From: Candidatus Woesearchaeota archaeon
GTDB taxonomy: Archaea; Nanobdellota; Nanobdellia; Woesearchaeales; UBA10216
Assembly: GCA_016180195.1 (NCBI GenBank)
Contig: JACPBS010000004.1
Location: 17,485 to 81,484, forward strand
Direction: 5' to 3'
Length of the DNA stretch: 64,000 nucleotides
In this document: piece by piece, positions 54,648-64,000 of the stretch
Numbering within the stretch: position 1 is the stretch's first letter
Layout: each line of letters starts with the position of its first letter
Translations under genes and position numbers: made by a program
The notes under the pieces: model-generated
What the model was told of the DNA's origin: nothing
Databases searched by the model: none
What the model saw: only the letters and a program-made list of their open reading frames with translations

Positions 54648-55141
54648 CTGAGTTCAAGCAAGGTGAGTGTGCTTACCCCTGTTGCAAGGACATTTAATAA
54701 TACTAGTTCATATGCTTGTTTAGTCAAATTCGATTCAGAATCCTGCAGTCGGTAATTCGCCATTTGCAGCATATTCAATGTGTCTAAAGGGGTGAATGAT
54801 TCGTTTGTTTCATGTTCTGCAAGCTTTGAATCTGCCATGTAAAGCATGTTTTCAAGACCATCTCTGCCAGTATCCGGCATTTTTGTTAATGCTTTGTATA
54901 TATTTCCCCTTGCTTTTTCTATTGCTGCGATCGAGATGCTTTTTCCCGTGTAATATTCTAATAGCTCAGACCTAGCATGATCAATCTCGATCCGGGTTTG
55001 CTTTCCACGGTCTAGTTGTTGTGCTATGTAATCAACAGGCGGTTTGAAGAATGCCAGCGAAGCATATATAACTCCTGCAGTGCCTAATATTGTTGCTGTT
55101 GTCGTTAAAGCTTTTCTTGCATCCATAATAATCACTTTCAC
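54629..55141 (-). CDS. Hypothetical membrane-anchored protein
   Basis: 170 aa. N-terminal TM segment (TTTATILGTAGVIYASLAFF). No known motif. Confidence 0.4.
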   Translation of the reverse strand: MKVIIMDARKALTTTATILGTAGVIYASLAFFKPPVDYIAQQLDRGKQTRIEIDHARSELLEYYTGKSISIAAIEKARGNIYKALTKMPDTGRDGLENMLYMADSKLAEHETNESFTPLDTLNMLQMANYRLQDSESNLTKQAYELVLLNVLATGVSTLTLLELRGIKPI

Positions 55142-55293
55142 ATGTATTCCATGCTTTCGATTAACCTGTTCAGGTCAATGCATGATATTCCTTTTGCCTT
55201 TCAGCTTTCTTTAGGAACTGATTTCCTTCTTTTCGCGGAATTCATTTTAGCCCCGTTTTCGCAGCGAACACAAGCCGGTTCGTTTTTTTTATC

Positions 55294-56361
55294 TCATTTT
55301 GTCATTTCGTTGTATCTTATTGCTAATTCCTTTGCCCTTTCATGCCTGATTTTAGTCGCAAGTGCTGCAGCTATCCTTATTACCCTTGGATCGTCGCTTT
55401 GAGCAAATAGATCAACGGCTTTTGCATGTTGCCCAGCCCTCTCTGCAAAAAGTCCTGCCGTGTAAAAATCCCCCTGTATCTCGCATACTTTTATGCGCAA
55501 CAGGTAATCCCCGCTCTCACGCGCAATGTTGGAGGCTTTGTCCAGTAACCAGTGTTTTTCTTTGCCATTTGCTTTTTCCGATGCGGTGAAGCAGTAGTCA
55601 ATTGCCCTTTCATAAAACCCTGCCTTACCTGATAGTTCTGCGGCTTCTTCAAAATTTCCTGAGGATTCATATTTTTCCAGGATCTCTGTCAGGTATTCTT
55701 CAGGTATTGTTGTCCTGCCAGCCAGTTCTATCGCTATTGCTTGTGCATTTTCCTTGGGCAGCGCCGAAAGTAGCGGGGTTACATCAACAGCTTCCCATAA
55801 TGTTCTTTCAAGGCCATGACACTGCATGGATATGTCTTCTGCAACTCTCATCAAATCCGGATCCTCTGAGCGGGATGCATATTTAGTTGCTGTATCAATG
55901 CTTTCCCTGGCATCTTGGATTTTCCTGATCATTGCTAGGGATAGGGAGGCTCGTCCTATTTTCTTTATCTGGTCTGCATTACCTGTTTCATATTCAGTTG
56001 TAAGATAAAAAAGAAGAGGGCTCATCGAATTCCATGTTGTTAAATGTGCCAGATTTTTTGATACGTCACCGCTCATGCGAACTGCTATCTCCTCAACATA
56101 GAATTTTCCAAGAAGTTCCCCAATTCCTTCAATTGATGGATCTATTTGATGATTCCTTGCCAGTTCATTAAAATCGCTTATTTTGGGCTTATAAGCCCGT
56201 GATTCAAATTCGGCTGCACATTCGATAAATCTTCTTGCCCTGTCTTCAAGTGGCATGTCCGGTTCTGATTTTTCTGTTATGAACCTTTTCGATCTCCAAC
56301 GTGATGGGTGTCTTTTGGATGCTTCGATTTCTTCTCTTGTCAGTTTACTCATTAAACTCAC
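55294..56361 (-). CDS. Hypothetical alpha-helical (TPR-like) protein
   Basis: 355 aa. Predicted all-alpha repeat architecture. No catalytic motif recognised. Confidence 0.4.
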   Translation of the reverse strand: MSLMSKLTREEIEASKRHPSRWRSKRFITEKSEPDMPLEDRARRFIECAAEFESRAYKPKISDFNELARNHQIDPSIEGIGELLGKFYVEEIAVRMSGDVSKNLAHLTTWNSMSPLLFYLTTEYETGNADQIKKIGRASLSLAMIRKIQDARESIDTATKYASRSEDPDLMRVAEDISMQCHGLERTLWEAVDVTPLLSALPKENAQAIAIELAGRTTIPEEYLTEILEKYESSGNFEEAAELSGKAGFYERAIDYCFTASEKANGKEKHWLLDKASNIARESGDYLLRIKVCEIQGDFYTAGLFAERAGQHAKAVDLFAQSDDPRVIRIAAALATKIRHERAKELAIRYNEMTK

Positions 56362-56485
56362 CTTTGTTACTTAATAATGACGGCAAAACAGCAAATCATA
56401 TAATCTTAACCCTTATAAATTATAATTTAAATTAAAATTATAATCTTAGGGAAATTTTATATATTAAGGCAGTTCAACCTGGAAC

Positions 56486-57397
56486 ATGAAGCGAAAGATA
56501 ATACAGCTTGCGAACACCACATATGTAGTCTCCCTTCCATTAAAGTGGGTAAAAGCCCATGGTGTCCGGAAAAAAGATGAGGTGGAAGTAGCTGAGGAAG
56601 GCCGAAAAATAACAGTTTCACTTCTCGGCGAAAAAGAGCCTCTGCCGGTGGGAACAGTTATTGACGTGAGCGGGCTTGGACGTAGGATTGCTGAGTGGTC
56701 AATAGCAGCGGCTTATAAAAGGGGCTTTGACGAGATAAAGGTATTTTACAAGGGAGACCAGATAAAGTTTATCCTCAATTACGTTAGGGACATGCTTTTG
56801 GGTTTTTTCGTTACAGAGCAGACCGAGGATTACTGCGTTTTGAAGATCGTGTCAAGGGAAACTGGTTCAGAATTCAATAACCTGTTAAGGAGGGCTTTTC
56901 TTGTAGGCATCGAGCTTGCTGAAAGCAGCCTTGATCTGATCAGCAAGGGAAAGTATGATGCGCTTGCAGACCTTCTACATCTGGAAAAGACAAATAACCA
57001 ACTGACCTTGACCTGTCAGAGACTGGTCAGGAAAGGGTTTATAAGCGAAAATCCAAACGAGCTTTTCCTGGTTGCATGGCATCTTGAGAACATTGTTGAT
57101 GATTACAGGGATATGTGCATTCACCTGTCAACCACTGAAAAACCGAGGGTATCGAAAGAAATTTTGGAAACCTATTCAGAAGTCAACGGTTATTTCAGGA
57201 GCTATTACGATCTTTTCTACTCATTCAACCTGAAAAGTCTTGATGATCTGGACAGGAAAAGAGACATTATTGTTAAAAAAATCAGTAAAATGGATGGTTT
57301 TGTTTTGAATTGCCTTTCATCGATAACAAGGAAATTATCTGTTCTTTCAGCAACAATCATGTCCATTAATCTGGCTGATAAGCCTGAAGATTTCTGA
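56486..57397 (+). CDS. PhoU-like phosphate-uptake-regulator family protein with N-terminal AbrB/SpoVT-type swapped-hairpin domain
   Basis: 303 aa. N-terminus IIQLANTTYVVSLPLKWVKAHGVRKKDEVEV is AbrB/MazE-like. The remainder is a PhoU-like helical repeat. Confidence 0.55.
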   Translation: MKRKIIQLANTTYVVSLPLKWVKAHGVRKKDEVEVAEEGRKITVSLLGEKEPLPVGTVIDVSGLGRRIAEWSIAAAYKRGFDEIKVFYKGDQIKFILNYVRDMLLGFFVTEQTEDYCVLKIVSRETGSEFNNLLRRAFLVGIELAESSLDLISKGKYDALADLLHLEKTNNQLTLTCQRLVRKGFISENPNELFLVAWHLENIVDDYRDMCIHLSTTEKPRVSKEILETYSEVNGYFRSYYDLFYSFNLKSLDDLDRKRDIIVKKISKMDGFVLNCLSSITRKLSVLSATIMSINLADKPEDF

Positions 57398-58667
57398 CAA
57401 CATTATCTCTCGTCAAAAAGGGAGCTTTCGAGTGCCTGAAAAAGGACTCGAGATTCCCTCCCAAAGCGGAGCTTGCGTTTGCTGCGGTGTTGAAGTTCAT
57501 TCCTATCATGTTTCCCACTCCAACTGCCCGATTTACAATTTCAATGTATTTTTCATCACAAGGTTTGTAACTTCCTTCAATCAGCTCCTTCATTATCTGA
57601 GTATACTCCGGGCAAAGGTCTCCTGCCCTCCTTATGCCCAAGAAAAATTTTGCTGTTATATAGTTTTCATTGAAGCTCCTGCCCATTTTTGCAGCTGCTT
57701 CAAATCCTTTGTGCTTGCTGATTAAGCCGAGATAAGCACCCATTGCTTGGCAAAAATAGCTTGCATCCATGAATGGATGTTGTCCCCTTACAGAGCTTAT
57801 TGCCCTGATAAAGTCATCAGGGCCTGCTGAAAGCTCATCCGCCCTGTCAAGATCTATATGGCGTATTGACCTGGTTAGTACAAATGCAGCATAGTCCTGC
57901 GTTATCATGCCTTCGTTCAGCATCCCTAAAACCTCGAACGCCGAACAATATTGATATCCCATTAATTGAGTTATGATTTCATTATCAAGCATTACATTCT
58001 GCAGGTCAGCGTCCCTCATCCTGTATCCTGCATTTTGTGACAGGCATTTCCCTATCCTGTCAAGCTCAGCTACAAGCCCATCCCTTGATACTCCCATTCC
58101 TGAAAAAATCCTGTCGCTTATCCCGTAGTGGTCAATCAGCCTCGTAAAGCTTTCTATCAGCTTTGATGAGTAGCTGCATGGGCTTGCCTGGACAGGAAGT
58201 TCAAGGAACTGGAAAACAACCAGGTCTTCAAGTAGCCTTGTTGTAAGTCGATTGGCCACGTTGACCGCATGGGGATTTTTTAGCAGCCCTTGTTTTTGGG
58301 CTGCAGTCAGGAACGAAATTACATCATGGCCATCTATCAGCTCCATTTCAAGCGTTTGCCTAGTGACAGCAATTACCCTCGGCGGGTTTAGCCCTGCTTG
58401 ACCGCATGCTTTGTAAACCTCCTCAAATGCACATGCTCTTTCCTCTGAGCCATACTCTTTCTGCACGCATGGCTCTCTGAACTTAAGGTGGAAAATCCGT
58501 GAATCCCCTGTAGGCTGTTGAATTGCAGCCGTCTTGGTCCTAACAACCTTCCCCGTTGTTCCCCCTCTCAAAACTATTCCGAACTCTGCACTTGATGGAT
58601 CGCTTCCTACCTCTACGTAAGACCCGTCCGGATTTTTCTTTGAGTCTTGAAACAAACCAGTCAACAT
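57366..58667 (-). CDS. Putative atypical protein kinase-like / phosphotransferase fold protein
   Basis: 433 aa. Kinase-catalytic-loop-like YRMRDADLQNVMLD (compare HRDLKPEN). Otherwise unrecognised. Confidence 0.35.
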   Translation of the reverse strand: MLTGLFQDSKKNPDGSYVEVGSDPSSAEFGIVLRGGTTGKVVRTKTAAIQQPTGDSRIFHLKFREPCVQKEYGSEERACAFEEVYKACGQAGLNPPRVIAVTRQTLEMELIDGHDVISFLTAAQKQGLLKNPHAVNVANRLTTRLLEDLVVFQFLELPVQASPCSYSSKLIESFTRLIDHYGISDRIFSGMGVSRDGLVAELDRIGKCLSQNAGYRMRDADLQNVMLDNEIITQLMGYQYCSAFEVLGMLNEGMITQDYAAFVLTRSIRHIDLDRADELSAGPDDFIRAISSVRGQHPFMDASYFCQAMGAYLGLISKHKGFEAAAKMGRSFNENYITAKFFLGIRRAGDLCPEYTQIMKELIEGSYKPCDEKYIEIVNRAVGVGNMIGMNFNTAANASSALGGNLESFFRHSKAPFLTRDNVVRNLQAYQPD

Positions 58668-58748
58668 TTACCACTTAATAGTTACACTAATATTTAAGCC
58701 TTTCGCAAAATAATTCAATTTAAAAACATCGGTTTTTTATCCATAAAA

Positions 58749-59504
58749 ATGGGAAAGATCCTGGTTGTTTTCGGCAGCAAAAGCAACAAGCCTGTCTATG
58801 ATAGAGTAATTGCCTGCCTTAAGCGCCTTGGTGCGGATTTTGAGTTCAGGGTATGTTCTGCTCACAGGACCCCTGAGGTGCTTGACAAAATGCTGAAGGA
58901 GGATTATTCGGTTGTGATTGCAGGAGCAGGTTTGGCAGCCCATCTTCCAGGTGTCATCGCCTCGAAGACAACGGCCCCTGTTATCGGAATACCTTGCAGA
59001 GATAATTTCGGTGGAATGGATTCTCTGTTGTCTATAATCCAGATGCCTCCGGGAATCCCTGTTCTTTCTGTCGGGATAGGCCTGGCAGAGGATGCTGCAG
59101 AATCCGCTGCCAAAATATTGGACCCTCCGGATGGTGTTTCGATTGTATCTAAAGCGCCTTATTCTGAAAAGGCGGCTGAAATTCTGGAAATGCTGGATGT
59201 TCAATATAAGCTTTCAGGTTCTTTAAATAGCAAATGCATAAATTTGAGATTTGAGGATCTCAATCATATCAGCGAAGCTGATGAAAGCGAGGCTCTGACC
59301 ATCAACTGCCCTGTCTCCGAGAATGTTCATGAAGGTATTTTAAATCTTTCAAAAATTAAGTCAGGGCTTTGGGTAGGCCTTAACCGTGCTGAGAATGCTG
59401 CTATCGCGGCAGCAGAGATACTGGGTAGGAAGAGGGAGCTCGATGGGTACAGGAAACAGGCTGCTTCTGCTGTAATTGATGACGACAGGGTGGAAAGATG
59501 CTGA
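58749..59504 (+). CDS. purE: N5-CAIR mutase / AIR carboxylase catalytic subunit (PurE) with about 90-aa C-terminal extension that looks like a degenerate partial PurE repeat
   Basis: Core ILVVFGSKSN...SAHRTPE...GIPVLSVGIGLAEDAAESAAKIL. The extension repeats the last block (GLWVGLNRAENAAIAAAEILG). Confidence 0.75.
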   Translation: MGKILVVFGSKSNKPVYDRVIACLKRLGADFEFRVCSAHRTPEVLDKMLKEDYSVVIAGAGLAAHLPGVIASKTTAPVIGIPCRDNFGGMDSLLSIIQMPPGIPVLSVGIGLAEDAAESAAKILDPPDGVSIVSKAPYSEKAAEILEMLDVQYKLSGSLNSKCINLRFEDLNHISEADESEALTINCPVSENVHEGILNLSKIKSGLWVGLNRAENAAIAAAEILGRKRELDGYRKQAASAVIDDDRVERC

Positions 59505-60157
59505 AAGCCGTTATTTTTGACCTTGACGGGGTATTGATTGATTCGCTTGATCTTCATTATGTTTCATGGAAAAAAATGCTTGCAGATGATGGAATTTCAA
59601 TCACAAAGTCCGATTTTTCGCATGTGTTCGGGATGACGGGCAATGATATCCTGAGGGGATTTTATTCAAAGGCCAAAAAGAATCTTGATGAAAGCGCTTT
59701 GAAGGAAAAAATTGACAAAAAGAATGCCTTTTTCCGGGAGTTTGCTGCTAGCATGCTCAAGCCTTCAATAGGCTCTGTTCAGTTGCTGGAAGGTCTGAAA
59801 ACAGCTGGAGTGAAGGCAGCAATTGGGACTTCAGCACCGGGAAAGAATGTCGAGTTCTACCTTGAAAAAACAGGTCTTGGGAAATATTTCAGCGGATATG
59901 TTTGCGCTGACCACATAAAGAAGGGGAAGCCTGACCCGGAAGTTTTCCTCAAAGCTGCGCAGGTGTTGAATGAAAAGCCTGAGGATTGTGTGGTTGTTGA
60001 GGATGCCCTGCACGGGATTGAGGCTGCAAAGCGTGGTGGTATGAAGGCTGTTGCCGTTGCTTCAACAAATGAAAAATCCGCATTGGCAGGGTCGGATCTT
60101 GTCGTAGATAATTTGGCCGAGCTTGGTGTTGAAAAGCTCAGGAGACTGTGGAAATGA
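59498..60157 (+). CDS. HAD-superfamily hydrolase (beta-phosphoglucomutase-like subfamily IA)
   Basis: 219 aa. Motif I AVIFDLDGVLIDS, motif II T, motifs III/IV K...EDALHG. Confidence 0.75.
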   Translation: MLKAVIFDLDGVLIDSLDLHYVSWKKMLADDGISITKSDFSHVFGMTGNDILRGFYSKAKKNLDESALKEKIDKKNAFFREFAASMLKPSIGSVQLLEGLKTAGVKAAIGTSAPGKNVEFYLEKTGLGKYFSGYVCADHIKKGKPDPEVFLKAAQVLNEKPEDCVVVEDALHGIEAAKRGGMKAVAVASTNEKSALAGSDLVVDNLAELGVEKLRRLWK

Positions 60158-61122
60158 TTTCAGAACATTTACTGAAGCAGCAGCTTGGCTTCACTCTTGA
60201 GAGGACTGACTTGAAGATCGGACAGAGGATAGAAGGCAAGGTGAGGGATTGCTACATATCCAAAGGAAAAAGGATCATAGTATGCACAGATAGGCTTTCC
60301 GCATTCGATGTTGTTCTTTGCACTCTCCCGTTCAAGGGACAGGTTCTTAACCAGCTTTCTGCTTTCTGGTTCGGAAAAACAAAGTCGATAATCCCCAATC
60401 ATGTTATCGATGTGCCTGACCCGAATGTTACTGTTGCAAGGGACTGCACGCCTATACCTGTAGAATTTATTGTCAGGGGCTACATAACAGGGGTTACAAA
60501 GACCTCTTTATGGTATAACTACAGCAACGGTTCCCGTGAATACTGCGGGCACAGGCTTCCTGATGGGCTGAGGAAAGACCAGAAATTGAATGTGCCGATA
60601 GTTACCCCTACGACCAAGGCTGAAAAGGGCCTTCATGATGAGCTTGTTTCAAGGGACTCAATCATAAAGAGGGGTATTTTGGATGGTGACGAGTTTGACA
60701 CAATTGCCGAGATAAGCTTGAAGCTGTTTGAGCTTGGCAGCAGGCTGGCTGCAAGGAATGGGATCATCCTTGTTGATACCAAGTATGAGTTCGGCAGGGA
60801 CCATGAGGGTGAGATCACGTTGATTGATGAAATCCATACGCCTGACAGCTCAAGATTCTGGTTCAGGGAAACTTACCAGGAGATTTTCAAAAAAGGGGAA
60901 GAGCAGATGAAAATCGACAAGGAGTATGTGAGGAAATGGCTTGCTGAATCAGGTTTTACCGGTGATGGAGCACCTCCGAATATACCTGACGATGTCAAGG
61001 TCGAGGGAGCAAGAAGGTATATCGAGGCATTTGAATGCATTACAGGGGAAAGTTTCGAGTCAAAGGCGGGTAATGTAAGCAGCCGCATCGCCAGGAACCT
61101 GGAAAAAGGAGGCTATTTGTGA
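60148..61122 (+). CDS. purC: SAICAR synthetase (long form)
   Basis: 324 aa. Conserved SAICAR synthase blocks (DRLSAFD, LVDTKYEFG). Confidence 0.85.
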   Translation: MEMISEHLLKQQLGFTLERTDLKIGQRIEGKVRDCYISKGKRIIVCTDRLSAFDVVLCTLPFKGQVLNQLSAFWFGKTKSIIPNHVIDVPDPNVTVARDCTPIPVEFIVRGYITGVTKTSLWYNYSNGSREYCGHRLPDGLRKDQKLNVPIVTPTTKAEKGLHDELVSRDSIIKRGILDGDEFDTIAEISLKLFELGSRLAARNGIILVDTKYEFGRDHEGEITLIDEIHTPDSSRFWFRETYQEIFKKGEEQMKIDKEYVRKWLAESGFTGDGAPPNIPDDVKVEGARRYIEAFECITGESFESKAGNVSSRIARNLEKGGYL

Positions 61123-62507
61123 TGGACCGGTTTGATTCAATAAGCCCTTTGGACTTCAGGTATTATGCTGGAAACAGGGAGCTTTTTGGCTCCATGAACA
61201 GTTATCTTTCAGAGGCCGCCTTCATAAGATACCAGCTTTTGGTCGAGGCAAAGCTTGTTGAGGCCCTGGCTGATTTCGGGGTTTGCAAAAAGGAAGTTTC
61301 AGATGATGTCGCAAATGCATGTTCAGGCATTACTGCAAAGGAGGTATACGATGAGGAGGAAAGGGTCGGACACGATGTGAGGGCTTTGGTGAACTGTATT
61401 AGGAAAAGGGTTTCTGATGAGTCAAAGCCTTTTGTTCATTTCTCTGCAACATCCTCGGACATAATTTGCACTGCAGATGCCGCACGTTTAAGGGAAGCTG
61501 CAAAGGCTTTATTGTTGCCTCAGCTTATGGAATTGGAAAAAACCCTGATATGCATTGCACGGAGGGAGAAAGGCACAATACAGATTGGAAGGACTCATGG
61601 GCAGCATGCGGAGCCGATTACTTTTGGGTTTGCAATTTCAGAGTATGTAAGCAGGCTGGGCAGCAGGCTTCTGGAAATTGAAAAAGCGGCATCCGGACTT
61701 CGGGGTAAGATGTCTGGCGCGGTTGGAAACTATAATGCTTCCTCATTATTCATTGATGACCCTGAAAAGTTTGAGGCTGCTGTCCTTTCAAAGCTGGGAC
61801 TTTCCCCATCCACTCATTCAACTCAGATAGTGGAGCCCGAGTTCGTAGCTGATTACATGCACGCTGTAGTATCCGCTTTCAGCGTTATTGCAAACCTGGC
61901 TGACGACATGCGCCACTTGCAGCGTTCAGAGATCGCAGAGGTTGCGGAATCATTCGGCCAGTCCCAGGTCGGCTCGAGCACGATGCCTCATAAGAGGAAT
62001 CCGATAAATTTCGAGAACGTCAAGTCAATGTGGAAGGCTTTCATGCCCCGCATGACAACAGTTTATCTTGATCAGATCTCAGAACACCAAAGGGACCTTA
62101 CAAATTCCGCCAGCTCAAGGTTCGTGACCGAGCTTGTTGCTGCCCTTGTCCTGTCCGCGAATAGAATGAACAGGATAATGTCAAGGCTTGTTGTGGACAA
62201 GGAAAGCATGAAGAAGAACTTGGATCATTCAAGGGGCATGATTTCAGCAGAGCCCGCTTATTTGCTTCTTGCTGCTTACGGCCATCCTGATGCCCATGAG
62301 TTTGTCAGGAAGCTTACATTGAAGGCAAGGAATGGGAAGGAATTCTCTGAGCTGTTTTTTTCTGAGGCTGCCCCTTATGTCAGCAAAATGTCTGAAATGC
62401 AGGTTGCTATTTTAAAAAATCCCGAGCTTTACATCGGCATAGCTTCCAAAAAAACCGAGGCGGTCTGTGATTATTGGGAGAATATGTTTGAACCGAAACA
62501 TGTGTGA
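61119..62507 (+). CDS. purB: Adenylosuccinate lyase
   Basis: 462 aa. Fumarate-lyase signature GSSTMPHKRNP. Confidence 0.9.
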   Translation: MMDRFDSISPLDFRYYAGNRELFGSMNSYLSEAAFIRYQLLVEAKLVEALADFGVCKKEVSDDVANACSGITAKEVYDEEERVGHDVRALVNCIRKRVSDESKPFVHFSATSSDIICTADAARLREAAKALLLPQLMELEKTLICIARREKGTIQIGRTHGQHAEPITFGFAISEYVSRLGSRLLEIEKAASGLRGKMSGAVGNYNASSLFIDDPEKFEAAVLSKLGLSPSTHSTQIVEPEFVADYMHAVVSAFSVIANLADDMRHLQRSEIAEVAESFGQSQVGSSTMPHKRNPINFENVKSMWKAFMPRMTTVYLDQISEHQRDLTNSASSRFVTELVAALVLSANRMNRIMSRLVVDKESMKKNLDHSRGMISAEPAYLLLAAYGHPDAHEFVRKLTLKARNGKEFSELFFSEAAPYVSKMSEMQVAILKNPELYIGIASKKTEAVCDYWENMFEPKHV

Positions 62508-62577
62508 GCAATCCCGCTTTAAGGCCTCATTTTCCGCTTTTTGAATCACTAACCTTATATAAAAGTTCCAAACTACC

Positions 62578-63594
62578 TTGAACATGGGGAGCCGGGGTTT
62601 TAAGATAGCCACCATAGGCAGCCATTCTGCCCTTCAGATTCTAAGGGGGGCAAAGGACGAGGGTTTTGGAACTATTGCTGTTTGTGAGAAGGAAAGGGAT
62701 GAGCCTTACAGGCATTTCGGGGTTGCTGACAGGATAATTCTTCTGGATTCCTTCAAGAAATTCATGGAGATCGAGAATGATCTTATTTCTGAAAATTCAA
62801 TAGTGATACCCCACGGGACATTCCTAGATGCGGTCACTACCGAAAAAATCGAGCTCCTTAAGGTGCCTTATTTCGGCAACAAGAAGATTCTGAAGTGGGA
62901 GGTTGACAGGGCCATGCAGAGGGAGTGGCTCAGGAAAGCAGGCCTTACATTGCCCAGGATTTTCAGGGGCCCTGATGATATTGATGTCCCGGCTATAATC
63001 AAGTTTTATGGCGCTAAAGGCGGTAAAGGCTTTTTCCTGGCAAAGAGCCGCGATGAATTCGACAGGAAGATTGAGGAGCACAAGGGTAAGGCCTACATAA
63101 TCCAGGAGTATATTGTTGGAGCCCCCATATACATACATTACTTTTATTCGCCGTTGAGTGGAGAGATTGAGCTGATGAGCTTTGACAAAAGGTATGAGAG
63201 CAACGTGGATTCTATTGGCAGGATTGCTGCCAAGGACCAGCTGGATATGGGTCTCGACACTTCTTATAACATCACAGGAAATGTTCCTCTTGTTGTCCGG
63301 GAATCGCTTCTGCCGAAGATTTTCGAGATGGGCCGTGCTGTTATTGAGGCTTCAAAGAAGATCGAGAAGAGAGGCATTTTCGGCCCTTTCAGCCTTGAGA
63401 CTGTTATTACCCCTGACCTGAAATTTTATGTTTTCGAGATTTCAGCGAGGATAGTTGCAGGCACCAACCACTACATATCCGGAAGCCCTTACACTGCTTT
63501 GAAATACAAGGAACCTATGAGCACAGGCAGGAGGATTTCCAGGGAGATAAGAAACGCAATAGCATCAGATCAGCTCTGTAAGGTGCTGGGATAG
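62578..63594 (+). CDS. purP: 5-formaminoimidazole-4-carboxamide ribonucleotide synthetase (archaeal PurP, ATP-grasp)
   Basis: 338 aa. N-terminus KIATIGSHSALQIL and the ATP-grasp layout typical of PurP. Confidence 0.75.
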   Translation: MNMGSRGFKIATIGSHSALQILRGAKDEGFGTIAVCEKERDEPYRHFGVADRIILLDSFKKFMEIENDLISENSIVIPHGTFLDAVTTEKIELLKVPYFGNKKILKWEVDRAMQREWLRKAGLTLPRIFRGPDDIDVPAIIKFYGAKGGKGFFLAKSRDEFDRKIEEHKGKAYIIQEYIVGAPIYIHYFYSPLSGEIELMSFDKRYESNVDSIGRIAAKDQLDMGLDTSYNITGNVPLVVRESLLPKIFEMGRAVIEASKKIEKRGIFGPFSLETVITPDLKFYVFEISARIVAGTNHYISGSPYTALKYKEPMSTGRRISREIRNAIASDQLCKVLG

Positions 63595-63630
63595 AGGGGA
63601 AAGACATTGGCAGAGCCAAACTTGGGAAAA

Positions 63631-64000
63631 ATGATAAAGGCAGTTATTTTTGATTTGGATGGCGTAATAATTGACACTAAGGAGCTTCACTATCTTGCTT
63701 GGAAAAAGTTCTGGGCCAAGAGGGGCATTGAACACACGTATGATGACTTTATAAAAAAATTCGGAATTCCAAACCAGGATATTTTCAAGGAATTGTATGA
63801 GAATATGGGTGTTGATGAATTAAATGATCTATGTGAGGAGAAGGAAGTTTATTTTAGGGAATTGTCAGAAGGCAAGCTAATGCCTATGAAAGGGGCAGCA
63901 GGGCTCATCAAGAGTTTGAAAAAGGAAGGTTACAAGATTGCTTTAGGTACTTCCTGCCAGAAAAGCAACATTGAATTCATTATGAAACAGATAGGCTTGA
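63631..64000 (+). CDS. HAD-superfamily hydrolase, paralog of 59498..60157 (3' truncated by window end)
   Basis: MIKAVIFDLDGVIIDTKELHYLAWKKFW...: HAD motif I. Confidence 0.6.
   Translation, partial: MIKAVIFDLDGVIIDTKELHYLAWKKFWAKRGIEHTYDDFIKKFGIPNQDIFKELYENMGVDELNDLCEEKEVYFRELSEGKLMPMKGAAGLIKSLKKEGYKIALGTSCQKSNIEFIMKQIGL

Overview
This is a 64-kb archaeal chromosomal window of moderate GC. The archaeal assignment rests on an archaeal-type SAM synthetase, PurP, a tRNA with a non-canonical intron, PolX, endonuclease V and a THUMP tRNA methylase. Most of it is a long nucleotide-biosynthesis supercluster. The pyrimidine genes run pyrB-carA-(insert)-carB-pyrD-pyrK-pyrC-pyrE-pyrF, with no pyrI in the window. 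The purine and folate genes are purA, a split purH, purF-purD-purT-purN, 5-formyl-THF cyclo-ligase, glyA, folD, purM, a purS-purL fusion, purQ, purE, purC, purB and purP. The window also holds argG-argH, gyrA, PolX, nfi, scpB and a SAM synthetase. These core genes are interrupted by accessory material. Two toxin-antitoxin cassettes (PIN/UPF0175 and HEPN/MNT) are each bracketed by a pair of long direct repeats of 45 bp and 64 bp, with the same geometry in both. A family of hairpin-rich intergenic repeats shows compensatory stem substitutions. A second, frameshifted HepT/MNT pair is present. A roughly 5.7-kb island sits between purQ and purE. Two methyltransferases, two Nudix genes and a GDPD domain sit between carA and carB, and the GDPD domain is in-frame with carB. 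Other oddities are a Cys-rich membrane protein with a PROSITE-perfect somatomedin-B motif, an argH whose conserved MKLW N-terminus begins at ATC, and a tRNA-Val(CAC) with a T-loop intron. All calls come from reading the sequence and ORF translations by eye. No database searches were run.
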